From Caldisericum sp. (lineage in GTDB: Bacteria; Caldisericota; Caldisericia; Caldisericales; Caldisericaceae), in the NCBI GenBank assembly GCA_020692945.1, contig JAIMJY010000001.1, forward strand, positions 1 through 64,000: 64,000 nucleotides of DNA, written 5' to 3'. Of this stretch, positions 9,301 to 18,906 are shown piece after piece. A program made the position numbers and the translations under genes. A model generated the notes under the pieces. It was not told where the DNA came from, searched no databases, and worked only from the letters and a program-made list of their open reading frames with translations. Numbering within the stretch: position 1 is the first letter of the stretch; the number at the start of each line of letters is the position of its first letter.

Positions 9301-11010
9301 TTATTGTTTCCACCTTTCTAATAATTCTTTGGACTGCTTGATTGTTGTGTCAGTAACACCTGTTCCAGAAATCATTCGTGCGATTTCATTAATTCTTTCA
9401 TACTCTCCAAGCTTATTAACTTTAAGGAACGTTTCACCCCCATCAATAATTTTCTCGACAACAAAATGTTCTCCGGGAAGCGAAGCAATCTGTGGAAGAT
9501 GTGTTATGCATATTACCTGCCTGTATTTTGAAATCTCAAGAAGCTTCTCTGCTACTTTTTCTCCCGTTTTGCCACCAATGCCAGCATCTACTTCATCAAA
9601 CGCAAGGATTGGAATCTCGTCAATAGAGGCTATGACATATTTAATTGCTAACATAGTCCTTGAGAGCTCGCCGCCTGAAGCTATTGACGCAAGAGGCTTG
9701 CAGTCATCTCCTGGATTAGTCTTTATTAGAAATTCTGCATAATCAACCCCGTCGCTAAATAATTTTACGAGTTTCCCATCAAATTCTATCCCGTCGTTAT
9801 CTTCTATTGTTTTAAATCTAACCTCAAAATCTGCATTTTCCATTGCAAGTTCTTTCAATTGCTTAATAACCAAAGAGCTAAATATGAGTGCAGTTTCCTT
9901 CCGCTTGGTAGACAAAAGCTCTACGTCACGGTTTATTTCTTTGAGTATCGTGCCTTCTTCTTCCTGAAGCTCGTCAATTTGTTCTTTCAATGAGTTAAAA
10001 CTCTTCACTTTATCCTTTAACTCAGAAAGATAAATTATTAGCTCATCAACTTTTTTCTTATATTTAAGTTTAATCTTTGAAATAACGCTTAATCGCTCTT
10101 CAATTATGTTTAGTCTATCTGGCTCCCAAACTAAACTGCCAGAAAAAGATGACAAGTCCCGAGCGATTTCCTTAAGTTCAATCTGCATATTTTCAGCCTG
10201 AGTCGTTAAAGGAACCAATCTTTCAGCTATTTGAGAACCTCTACTTAAAAACCCAATTAGCGTTGACATCTGTTTCAGTAGCGAATAATCTTCGGAAAGT
10301 GAAATCAAATTTTCAGCATTATTGACTATTTCAACGACTTCCTTCAAATTTGACAATATTTTTTCTTCTTCTCGCAATTCTTCCTCTTCATTCTTGCGTA
10401 AATTAGTCTCCTCAAGCTCTGCAATTTCAAAATTGATAAAATCACGTTCTTCAATATATTTTCTATCGAATTCTTCAAGTCCTCTTTTTATTTTTTTGAT
10501 TTCTTTGTAGCGTGCAATCTCTGAGATTACTTTAACTTTAAGCTCTGAGGTCTCTTTCCCTCCAAAAGCATCTATAAACATTAGGTGTGTATCTGGATTC
10601 AACAAAGACTGGATTTCATGTTGACCATGCATGTCAACAAGTGTCCTGCCAATTTCTGATAACTCCTTAACGGATGTTATGTGCCCATTAACGACACTTT
10701 TTCCCCTACTTTTAGCAATCGTTCTTGAGATAACAACAATATCTTCTCCATCATAAAGAGAAAATTTTTCAAGTGTTTCGAGAGCCTTTTTGGAGTCATT
10801 TAGAGTAAAACTTGCTTCAACAGTTGCTGATTCCTGCCCATTGCGTATGAGATCGCTGTTTGCATTAGTGCCACACACGATTCCTAATGAGTTCATAATG
10901 ATTGTTTTGCCCGCACCAGTCTCTCCTGAAATAATGACAAGATTATTGCTAAAGTTAAGTTCCGTCTTTTTAGCAATTGCAAGATTTGATATATACAGTC
11001 CTAAGAGCAA
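9301..11010 (-). CDS. recN: DNA repair protein RecN
   Basis: 569 aa SMC-like protein with N-terminal Walker A (GETGAGKT), a long coiled coil and a C-terminal signature/Walker B region. Confidence 0.9.
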   Translation of the reverse strand: MLLGLYISNLAIAKKTELNFSNNLVIISGETGAGKTIIMNSLGIVCGTNANSDLIRNGQESATVEASFTLNDSKKALETLEKFSLYDGEDIVVISRTIAKSRGKSVVNGHITSVKELSEIGRTLVDMHGQHEIQSLLNPDTHLMFIDAFGGKETSELKVKVISEIARYKEIKKIKRGLEEFDRKYIEERDFINFEIAELEETNLRKNEEEELREEEKILSNLKEVVEIVNNAENLISLSEDYSLLKQMSTLIGFLSRGSQIAERLVPLTTQAENMQIELKEIARDLSSFSGSLVWEPDRLNIIEERLSVISKIKLKYKKKVDELIIYLSELKDKVKSFNSLKEQIDELQEEEGTILKEINRDVELLSTKRKETALIFSSLVIKQLKELAMENADFEVRFKTIEDNDGIEFDGKLVKLFSDGVDYAEFLIKTNPGDDCKPLASIASGGELSRTMLAIKYVIASIDEIPILAFDEVDAGIGGKTGEKVAEKLLEISKYRQVICITHLPQIASLPGEHFVVEKIIDGGETFLKVNKLGEYERINEIARMISGTGVTDTTIKQSKELLERWKQ

Positions 11011-11012
11011 CT

Positions 11013-11837
11013 TTAGTCACCCCACCCGAATTTTTTGTTCAGCACTTCAAAAAAATTTTTGCTTTTAAGATGAATAATGTTAAGATCAGCATCATTTTTA
11101 GAAATCATAATACGATCGAATCTACTGAGGCGCAACAAATTTTCACCGTCACGCTGGAAAGTAAAATTGCCTTCCGATAATATTTTAATAACAAGCTTGT
11201 CTTGATGAGAGAAAACGACTGGTCGAGCAGAAAGCTTATGTGGAGCAGCAAATACAAGAGAAAAGACTTGAGATTGTGGAGTGATTATTGGGCCCCCAAG
11301 GGATAGAGAATAAGCAGTGGAGCCGGTGGGGGTTGAAACTACTACACCATCTGCCCTGAATTTACCAATCTCAAAACCATTTGCAATTATCTCTATTTGG
11401 ATTATATTATCAGATAATTCTCTCATTAAAACGAAATCATTTACAGCAATAAAGCTCTCTTCAACATTCTCGCCTGAAATTTCCGACCTTAGTGTCATTC
11501 TTCTCTCTACAATGTATTTCCCTGCAATAAAATCATCCACAGCCGAAAATATATCAACTCCTTCTACGTCTGTTAAAAAGCCAAGATTGCCAAGATTGAC
11601 ACCAAAAACAGATGCACCAATCTTTATAGCAAGGCGAGAAGCTTTTAAAAAAGTGCCGTCTCCACCAAGACTAATTACGGTAATACCGTCACTTTTAGTC
11701 AACTGTTCAAGCTCTTCTTTAGAAAGAACCCCTATACCCTTCTTTTTGAGATATGAGCATAACTCCTTCGCAACTTCTTCAATTAAGGCACCGTCAGCAA
11801 AAAAAATCCCCATTTTCATCATTTGGATAGCTCCCAT
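11013..11837 (-). CDS. nadK: NAD kinase
   Basis: 274 aa with GGDGT and NxGxLGFL motifs. Confidence 0.9.
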   Translation of the reverse strand: MGAIQMMKMGIFFADGALIEEVAKELCSYLKKKGIGVLSKEELEQLTKSDGITVISLGGDGTFLKASRLAIKIGASVFGVNLGNLGFLTDVEGVDIFSAVDDFIAGKYIVERRMTLRSEISGENVEESFIAVNDFVLMRELSDNIIQIEIIANGFEIGKFRADGVVVSTPTGSTAYSLSLGGPIITPQSQVFSLVFAAPHKLSARPVVFSHQDKLVIKILSEGNFTFQRDGENLLRLSRFDRIMISKNDADLNIIHLKSKNFFEVLNKKFGWGD

Positions 11838-12625
11838 GCTTCACTAATTATTTTATCAATTAAAGATAAATTTACAAGCTCGCCATTTTTTTTAATTCGG
11901 AAAAAGAACTCTATATTTCCTTTCCTTCCCTTGATGGGAGAGTAAGTTGCGTCGACTACAGAGAAACCTAATTTGGGAATAATTTCAATGAGTGAATTCA
12001 GAATAATTTTATGAAAATTCTTATCTTTTATTATGCCTTTCCTGTTGAATTTTCTTTCTCCCTCGAACTGAGGTTTGACAAGTGAAATAATCTCACCGTC
12101 ATCTCTAAGCAAATCACGCAAAGACGGGAGAATTTTTGTTATAGAGATGAACGAAACATCCATTACTATAAGATCGATCTTTTCTGGAATTAAATCTTGA
12201 GAAAGATATCTTGCATTTACTTTTTCTAAAATAACTACCCTTGGATTGGTCCTCAGGGTGTAATCAAGCTGTCCGTACCCAACATCCAAAGCATATACTT
12301 TCGTCGCATTCCTTTTTAATAGGCAATCCGTGAAGCCTCCCGTAGATGCACCAACATCTAAAGCAACTGAGCCACTTGCATCAAATTTAAAATAATCAAG
12401 TGCAAAACTAAGTTTTACTCCGCCACGGCTAACGAACGCCTTTGGTCCAATTATTTCAATCGAGTCAGTGTCCTTAACGAGAGTGCTTGCGCGAGAAACA
12501 GTCTCCTTATTCAAAAGTACTTTCCCTTCAATGATAAATTTTTTTGCCAATGTTCTGCTTTCAAGCAAACTTCGCTCGACAATAGCTTCGTCAATCCTTT
12601 TTTCCACGTATAAAACTCTCACCAA
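11819..12625 (-). CDS. tlyA: TlyA-family rRNA 2'-O-methyltransferase (hemolysin A-like)
   Basis: 268 aa with N-terminal S4 domain and FtsJ-like SAM-binding motif (LDVGASTGGFTD). Confidence 0.85.
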   Translation of the reverse strand: MVRVLYVEKRIDEAIVERSLLESRTLAKKFIIEGKVLLNKETVSRASTLVKDTDSIEIIGPKAFVSRGGVKLSFALDYFKFDASGSVALDVGASTGGFTDCLLKRNATKVYALDVGYGQLDYTLRTNPRVVILEKVNARYLSQDLIPEKIDLIVMDVSFISITKILPSLRDLLRDDGEIISLVKPQFEGERKFNRKGIIKDKNFHKIILNSLIEIIPKLGFSVVDATYSPIKGRKGNIEFFFRIKKNGELVNLSLIDKIISEAWELSK

Positions 12626-14429
12626 TGGTTACAATATTTTCTATACTAAGACCATATTTATCAAGGAGAAAATTCCTTTTACCCTGTTCGGGGTAAAAGT
12701 CCCCTATTCCTAAGTTAATTACATTAATATTTTTTTTATAGAGAGCATAGGCAATCTCTCTGCCGAAGCTTCCTTTCACAATATTATCTTCGATTGTGAT
12801 GACTTTCTTGGAAGTTTGAGCGGCACTTAGAATTAGTTCCATATCGATTGGCTTGATGAAACGTGCATTTATAAGTCCGACTGAAAACCCCCTGCTTTCG
12901 ATTATTTCTTTTGCCTTAAGTGTTCTTTCGAACATTGCCCCAACTGAAACAAGCAGCAAATCATTTCCATGAGACCAAAGTTCCCCTTTGCCAACCTCAT
13001 ATTGTGAACGAGAATCAAAAGAAGGTTCAGCGCTTGCTTTTGGGTATCTAATAATAAAAGGATGATTTGTTTGGAGTGCCAGATGGAGAAGGCGTTTAAG
13101 TTCCTCCCCATCCTTTGGTGCTGAAACAACGAAAGAAGGAATAATTTGAGTAAACGAGGTATCGAATATACCCTGGTGAGTAGGGCCATCATCTGAAACA
13201 ACTCCACTCCTATCAAGAGCAAAAACAACTGGAAGATTAAGGATACCGACATCATGAATCAATTGATCATACGCTCTTTGAAGAAACGTAGAGTAAATAG
13301 CAACAACAGGTTTAAAGCCGTTCTGTGCTAAGGCAGCTGCGGTTGAAACAGCACACTGTTCGGCTATTCCGACGTCAATGAAGCGTTCAGGAAAAGCTTT
13401 TTTGAATAGATCTGTTCGAGTTCCATCAGGCATAGCCGCCGTGATAGTTACAACCTTCGGGTCTTGTGTCCCTTCTTCGACAAGTGCTTCGCCAAAGTAA
13501 TCAGAGAAACTCTTTGCTCCTTTTTTACCGTTAAATATACCTGTTTCAACGTCAAAAGGGGATGAGCTGTGAAACTTTGTAGGGTTGTCCTCTGAGCTTT
13601 GGTAACCTTTGCCTTTTTTTGTAACAACATGAACTACCGTTGGTTGATAAATATTCTTTGTTCTTTCAAATGTATCAATGAGTTCTTTGATGTTGTGTCC
13701 ATCAATAGGGCCAATATACGTGAAGCCAAACTCTTCAAAGAGGACATTCTGCAGAAATAAATCTTTGATTGCAAGTTTTATTCTTCGGCCTATTTTTGTT
13801 CCTGGTGTTTTCCTTCTAAGGTTTTGATAAAACCTGGAAGAGCGAATACGAGAAAGATAACGAGAGATAGCACCAACATTATGTGCTATTGACATTTCAT
13901 TATCATTCAAGATAATTAGAACCTTCTTGCCAAAAGCGCCAAGATTGTTGAGTCCCTCGTAAGCCTCGCCACCTGTTAGAGCTCCATCGCCTATTACTGC
14001 GACTACCTCATAATTTTCTTTTTTAAGTTCTTTCGCTTTAATGAAGCCAAAAGCAATAGGGAGAGCCGTTGAAGCATGCCCTGCAATAAAACTATCGTAA
14101 GGGCTCTCATTTGGATCAGTGTATCCGCTTATTCCACCATACTGCCTTAATGAGTAAAAAGAATCCTTTCTTCCAGTGATTATCTTATGCGTGTATGCCT
14201 GGTGGCCAACATCAAAAATCAGCTTATCCTTCCTGAAATCAAATACGCTGTGAAGGGCAAGAGTAAGTTCAACAGTTCCAAGGTTAGAGGCAAGATGCCC
14301 CCCGTTCATTGAAACAGTTTCAATAATTAAATCCCTTATTTCCCCTGAAAGTACATTGAGTTCTTCAATCGAAAGCAACCTAAGATCACCTGGACTGTTT
14401 ATCCTATCTAAAAATTTTGGTTTTACCAT
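12591..14429 (-). CDS. dxs: 1-deoxy-D-xylulose-5-phosphate synthase. The ORF call extends to 14555, but the extra 42 codons are encoded by a copy of the dispersed repeat; the likely start is Met43 at 14429, preceded by AAAGGA.
   Basis: TPP-dependent transketolase-like protein. The canonical Dxs N-terminus (LDRINSPGDL) begins right after the internal Met. The upstream extension translates a repeat unit (LLRGIADYKRLKK). Confidence 0.88.
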   Translation of the reverse strand: MVKPKFLDRINSPGDLRLLSIEELNVLSGEIRDLIIETVSMNGGHLASNLGTVELTLALHSVFDFRKDKLIFDVGHQAYTHKIITGRKDSFYSLRQYGGISGYTDPNESPYDSFIAGHASTALPIAFGFIKAKELKKENYEVVAVIGDGALTGGEAYEGLNNLGAFGKKVLIILNDNEMSIAHNVGAISRYLSRIRSSRFYQNLRRKTPGTKIGRRIKLAIKDLFLQNVLFEEFGFTYIGPIDGHNIKELIDTFERTKNIYQPTVVHVVTKKGKGYQSSEDNPTKFHSSSPFDVETGIFNGKKGAKSFSDYFGEALVEEGTQDPKVVTITAAMPDGTRTDLFKKAFPERFIDVGIAEQCAVSTAAALAQNGFKPVVAIYSTFLQRAYDQLIHDVGILNLPVVFALDRSGVVSDDGPTHQGIFDTSFTQIIPSFVVSAPKDGEELKRLLHLALQTNHPFIIRYPKASAEPSFDSRSQYEVGKGELWSHGNDLLLVSVGAMFERTLKAKEIIESRGFSVGLINARFIKPIDMELILSAAQTSKKVITIEDNIVKGSFGREIAYALYKKNINVINLGIGDFYPEQGKRNFLLDKYGLSIENIVTIGESFIRGKKD

Positions 14430-14460
14430 TTTTTCCTTTAATTTTCTCAGTTTTTTTAAT

Positions 14461-14552
14461 CTCTTGTAATCTGCGATCCCTCTCAGCAGATTCCTTTTTT
14501 GTAATTTTAACTCTCTAAAGTTTATTTTTTTTTGCAATCGTGCCTTTGTAGT
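14461..14552 (-). repeat. Dispersed hairpin repeat (one full unit AATCTGC-TGAGAGGGATC-GCAGATT-ACAAGAG plus partial units) between ispA and dxs
   Basis: Stem, loop and linker architecture read directly; it explains the spurious N-terminal extension of the dxs ORF. Confidence 0.7.
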
Positions 14553-15442
14553 CACTTCATCCTGCCAAGCGTGAATTCTGCAAGCTCAATTATCGTTGTA
14601 TATTTGTTATTATAAGGTTTCAAAAAATCAACAGCTTTTAAGATGAGTTCTTGCGCAATATTTTTAGACTTCTCCACTCCGAAAAGGGCTACAAAAGTTG
14701 CCTTTTTGTTCTTCTTATCCTGTTGTGTTTCTTTCCCAAGGATTTCTGGAGAAGACGTCTCGTCGAGGACATCGTCAATAATCTGATAGCTTATACCGAG
14801 ATTTTCCCCGAACCTTGAGAGAGCAAGTTTCTCACTTTCGTTAACTCCTGCGAGTATTCCCCCTGTCCTGATTGCAAGAGAAATAAGGGAAGCAGTTTTC
14901 AGTCGGTCGATATAAGTGATAGTTTCTTCGTTGATTTCTTCATCGACACTGGAAATCATGTCCATTACCTGACCTCCCACGAGTCCCTTAACTCCGGAGG
15001 ACAAAGCAAAATTATTTACTACTTCAAGCAATAATTTTTCATCAAACAAATTTCTGTGAATTGGGTTTGACGCCATCTCGAAAGAATAAGAAAGCAAGGC
15101 ATCCCCTGCAAGGAGAGCCATATCGCTTCCATAAACCTTATGGCAACTTGATTTGCCTCTTCTCTCATCACTGTTATCCATTATTGGTAGATCATCATGT
15201 ATCAAGGAGTAAGTATGTATCATCTCAATCGCACAGGCAAAAGGAAGTATGTCTGCTTCGTTCTTACCGCTTGCAGAATATGTAGTAATTGCAAGAATAG
15301 GCCTAATTCTTTTGCCTCCTAAAAGCAAACTGTAAGCCATAGCTGCATAGAGAATTGAGTGCTCTTTTAAAGGAATGAGCGAAGACTCAAGCGCAGAATC
15401 AATAACTTTCTTCTTCTCCTCAAGATATTTAGTTATATCCAT
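14552..15442 (-). CDS. ispA: Polyprenyl diphosphate synthase (farnesyl/geranylgeranyl diphosphate synthase)
   Basis: 296 aa with first and second aspartate-rich motifs (LIHDDLPIMDNSDERRG; IIDDVLD). Confidence 0.85.
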   Translation of the reverse strand: MDITKYLEEKKKVIDSALESSLIPLKEHSILYAAMAYSLLLGGKRIRPILAITTYSASGKNEADILPFACAIEMIHTYSLIHDDLPIMDNSDERRGKSSCHKVYGSDMALLAGDALLSYSFEMASNPIHRNLFDEKLLLEVVNNFALSSGVKGLVGGQVMDMISSVDEEINEETITYIDRLKTASLISLAIRTGGILAGVNESEKLALSRFGENLGISYQIIDDVLDETSSPEILGKETQQDKKNKKATFVALFGVEKSKNIAQELILKAVDFLKPYNNKYTTIIELAEFTLGRMK

Positions 15443-15451
15443 TTGATCACC

Positions 15452-15733
15452 TCAAAAACTTTCAAAATCAACAAAATCATTATGAGCTTCTTTAAATGAA
15501 TAATCAATCTTCTCTACTGCTGAGTAAGAATTCCCTCTTGAAAGTACTTCAAGAAGCTTATCCAGGTTTTTCTTTTCGCCTTCAGCAACAACCTCAACGC
15601 TTCCATCAGGCATATTTTCTATATATCCAGAAACTTCTAACGCCAAAGCGTTCTTTCTTACGAAATAGCGAAATCCTACACCTTGTACGATCCCAAAAAC
15701 TTTAGCTTCAAGCCTCACTTTTTGATTTGCCAT
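15452..15733 (-). CDS. acyP: Acylphosphatase
   Basis: 93 aa with VQGVGFRYF signature. Confidence 0.85.
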   Translation of the reverse strand: MANQKVRLEAKVFGIVQGVGFRYFVRKNALALEVSGYIENMPDGSVEVVAEGEKKNLDKLLEVLSRGNSYSAVEKIDYSFKEAHNDFVDFESF

Positions 15734-16118
15734 CTCTAAGTAAATTCCTCAGTATTCCGTTAACAAAAACAGAAGACTCAACATCTCCGTAACGCTTTGC
15801 AAGTTCAACCGTTTCGTAAACTACAAGTCCGTCATCTACCTCTTTGACGTTTTCAATTTCGTATAAAGCGATTCTTAATAGCTCTTTATCAATAACACTT
15901 ATTCTCTCTATGCTCCAATTTTCTAATCTACTTACTATTTGGGAGTCGATTTCATTGAGTTTTTCAATGGTGCCGTTAACTAGTTTTAAAGCATAATCAA
16001 CGACAACAGGTGCCTCGTACTGAAAATATAAAAGAGCATCTGGAAGTTTATTTTTACCAATATCAATTGCAAATAAAAGCTTGAAGGCTATTTCTCTTCC
16101 CTTTGATTTAACCTTCAT
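15708..16118 (-). CDS. nusB: Transcription antitermination factor NusB
   Basis: 136 aa, NusB-like helical protein (REIAFKLLFAID...). Confidence 0.85.
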   Translation of the reverse strand: MKVKSKGREIAFKLLFAIDIGKNKLPDALLYFQYEAPVVVDYALKLVNGTIEKLNEIDSQIVSRLENWSIERISVIDKELLRIALYEIENVKEVDDGLVVYETVELAKRYGDVESSVFVNGILRNLLRDGKSKSEA

Positions 16119-16437
16119 CTTTTATGTCTTCGATAATAACGTTAACATCAACAACCTTAAAAGGAGTTATATTCTCGACCTGCAATTTAACCTGTTTTTG
16201 AATATCTTCACCAATTTGCTTAAGGTTAGTACCGTATCTCGCAATAACAAAAACTGTAACTTTTAAAGAATTATTCTCAACAGAAAACTCAACTCCATGC
16301 GGACTCTCTTTGTCGTTTTTTAAGTGAGGAATGTACTCTTTCATTCCTTTCCAAACGTCAATAACCCCTTCAACTGTAACAACTGCGTTGAGTATTATTG
16401 ACTCAATCGCTTCGTCAGAAATAACAATTTTACTCAT
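16108..16437 (-). CDS. Asp23/Gls24-family alkaline shock protein
   Basis: 109 aa, Asp23 family pattern. Confidence 0.75.
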   Translation of the reverse strand: MSKIVISDEAIESIILNAVVTVEGVIDVWKGMKEYIPHLKNDKESPHGVEFSVENNSLKVTVFVIARYGTNLKQIGEDIQKQVKLQVENITPFKVVDVNVIIEDIKDEG

Positions 16438-16997
16438 TTATTCACCCTCTCCAGGTATTCGCCTGTTCTCGTATCAATTCTAATAATATCGCCCTCGTTA
16501 ACAAAAAGCGGAACACCTACTTTGTATCCGGTCTCAAGAACAGCAGGTTTCAAACTACTTGTAGCAGTATCACCCCTGACTCCTTGTTCCGTGGATACTA
16601 CTGCCAATTCTACAAATGTTGGCAGTTCAACAGAAACAGGTTTATTCTTAAAAAACACAACTTGTATTTCAAGATTCTCTTTAAGAAAATTGCCAGCATC
16701 TCCGGCATCTTCTATGGATAAATAAAATTGTTCATAAGTTTCAAGCTCCATGAAAACAAAATTGTCTCCTTCTCTATAAAGGTACTGCATATTTTTTCTG
16801 TCAAGAAAAGCTTTCTTAAATTTCTCTTCTGGCCGAAAAGTTTTCTCAGTTATATTGCCTGAGTTGAGATTCTTCATCTTCACACGCACAAACGGAGAGC
16901 CCTTGCCAGGCTTTACATGCTGGTAAGAAATAACAGCGTAAAGGTCGTTATCAATTTCAAAAGTCACTCCGGTTCTCAAATCATTTGCGGAAATCAT
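16434..16997 (-). CDS. efp: Translation elongation factor P
   Basis: 187 aa with the KPGKG loop (modifiable Lys) and three OB/KOW-like domains. Confidence 0.93.
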   Translation of the reverse strand: MISANDLRTGVTFEIDNDLYAVISYQHVKPGKGSPFVRVKMKNLNSGNITEKTFRPEEKFKKAFLDRKNMQYLYREGDNFVFMELETYEQFYLSIEDAGDAGNFLKENLEIQVVFFKNKPVSVELPTFVELAVVSTEQGVRGDTATSSLKPAVLETGYKVGVPLFVNEGDIIRIDTRTGEYLERVNK

Positions 16998-17153
16998 AAA
17001 TCCTCCTTAAAAATTAATCTCACTAATAATGATACCAAAAACTAAAAATTCGTCAACTGCCTTTACAGAGGTCTCTCACAAACCTTATTGGTAGCTTAAA
17101 TAAATCAGCTCTATTTTGGAATTTTTTCTTTTTATGATATACTTAAAAAGGAG

Positions 17154-17924
17154 GTGGATATGATGTCATTAGTATATTTAATACCCATAAGTTTAATTTT
17201 AATCATTATCTTTGCGCTGAGTATCAGAATCGTGCAGCAGTGGCAAAGAGGTGTTGTCTTTTTCCTTGGAAGGTACAAGAGGGAACTTAAGCCCGGGTTC
17301 AACTTAATAATACCTATTTTTGAATATGTTCGGTATGTAGATGTGCGTACTCGCACAATGGATGTTACCCCACAAGAAGTTATGACCAAAGATTCTGTTC
17401 CAGTTAAAATTGATGCGGTGGTTTACTACAGGGTGTTTGACGCGATGAAATCGATTATAGCCGTTGAGAATTTTGCTTCAGCATCTACCCTTATGGCACA
17501 GTCTAAGTTAAGAGATGTCGTGGGGAAATACGACCTTGACACTCTTCTTGCAAGTAAGGATAAAATAGGAAAAGAAATCCTTGAAGCCTTGCAGGGGCCA
17601 ACAGATAATTGGGGAATAACCATTGTAAGTGTTGAGATTAAGAATATTGAGCTGCCTGATAATATGAAGCGTGCAATGGCAAAAGAAGCTGAAGCAACAA
17701 GGGAGAAGAGGGCTCGTCAAATCAAAGCATCTGCAGAAGAAGATGCGAGTTTAGCTTTTCTAAAAGCGGCCAAAAATATGTCAGAAGCACCTGGAGCAAT
17801 TCTTTTAAGGCAACTTCAAACATGGCAGGAGATTGGTGCAGAACAAAACAGCCTGATTATCCTTGTCCCAACTGAATTTGCAAACGCAATCGGGAGACTT
17901 CAGTCTAAAAAAGAAGAAAAATAA
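17154..17924 (+). CDS. SPFH/band-7 (stomatin/prohibitin-like) membrane protein
   Basis: 256 aa, N-terminal transmembrane helix then SPFH domain and coiled-coil (EAEATREKRA...). Confidence 0.8.
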   Translation: MDMMSLVYLIPISLILIIIFALSIRIVQQWQRGVVFFLGRYKRELKPGFNLIIPIFEYVRYVDVRTRTMDVTPQEVMTKDSVPVKIDAVVYYRVFDAMKSIIAVENFASASTLMAQSKLRDVVGKYDLDTLLASKDKIGKEILEALQGPTDNWGITIVSVEIKNIELPDNMKRAMAKEAEATREKRARQIKASAEEDASLAFLKAAKNMSEAPGAILLRQLQTWQEIGAEQNSLIILVPTEFANAIGRLQSKKEEK

Positions 17925-18052
17925 TCTACTGAGAAAGAGTATAGATTACAGAAGATTAAATTCACACACTTTTCCAGTGGATTTATTTGCACTCTTTTCG
18001 GCAAATGTGCCTGCATTCTTTCTCAGCGGGTTACAAAGGATTAAAGGAGTAT
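17923..18052 (+). repeat. Cluster of about 3 units of the dispersed hairpin repeat in mixed orientation, downstream of the SPFH gene
   Basis: AATCTA-CTGAGAAAGAGTA-TAGATT-ACAGAAGATTAAA; reverse unit ATTTGC-CGAAAAGAGT-GCAAAT; third unit ending in ACAAAGGATTAAAGGAG. Confidence 0.8.
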
Positions 18053-18234
18053 CATATATATTGTAACTTATTCATAAAATCCTGCTTTTATCTCGCATGT
18101 AAAGAAGAGAGGGTTCTTGTAGGAGGTGTCCTAAAAAATAAAGAGTTAAATGCGTAAAAAGCCTTGCTTTGTAAATTTTTTAAAAAATTCATAATTTTTT
18201 CATAATCTCAACTATAATTATATTAAGTGAAACT

Positions 18235-18906
18235 ATGAAAAAAGTACTTATTGTAGATGATGAAGAAAACATTAGAGAACTAGTTGATATCTACCTGAAA
18301 AAAGCTGGCTATTTGACTATTCAAGCACGCGATGGTAGAGAGGCTATAGAAAAGTTTCAATCCGAAAAGCCCCATTTAATAATACTCGATCTTATGATTC
18401 CGTATATAAATGGAGAAAATGTTGCTCAAACAATAAGAAAGAAATCAAACGTCCCGATTATAATGCTTACTGCAAAAGCTGAAGAAAATAACAGAATAAC
18501 TGGCCTCGAAATAGGCGCGGATGATTATGTGTTAAAGCCTTTTAGCCCTAGAGAGCTTGTGGTAAGAGTCAAAAACATTTTAAGAAGAAGCTATCCGGAG
18601 GAAGGGGTTATTAAATTCAACGACCTTGAAATTTACCCTAAGGAAATGACAGTTTTTAAAGAAGGAAAAGACATGATGTTAACGGCTAAAGAGTTCAGAG
18701 TTTTATTTGCTCTTATCAAAAAACCTGGCACGATTTTTTCACGAGAAGACATTATGAATGAAATATACAGTGAGTACGACGATGTTGTTTTTGACAGAAC
18801 TGTCGACGCATACATAAAAAACATTCGCAAAAAATTGGACGACGACCCAAAGTCGCCTAAGTATATTGAATCCGTTTATGGAGCAGGATACAGGTTCAAA
18901 AAATGA
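18235..18906 (+). CDS. Two-component response regulator, OmpR/PhoB family
   Basis: 223 aa with receiver domain (DDE...D...K) and winged-helix C-terminus (GAGYRF). Confidence 0.88.
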   Translation: MKKVLIVDDEENIRELVDIYLKKAGYLTIQARDGREAIEKFQSEKPHLIILDLMIPYINGENVAQTIRKKSNVPIIMLTAKAEENNRITGLEIGADDYVLKPFSPRELVVRVKNILRRSYPEEGVIKFNDLEIYPKEMTVFKEGKDMMLTAKEFRVLFALIKKPGTIFSREDIMNEIYSEYDDVVFDRTVDAYIKNIRKKLDDDPKSPKYIESVYGAGYRFKK

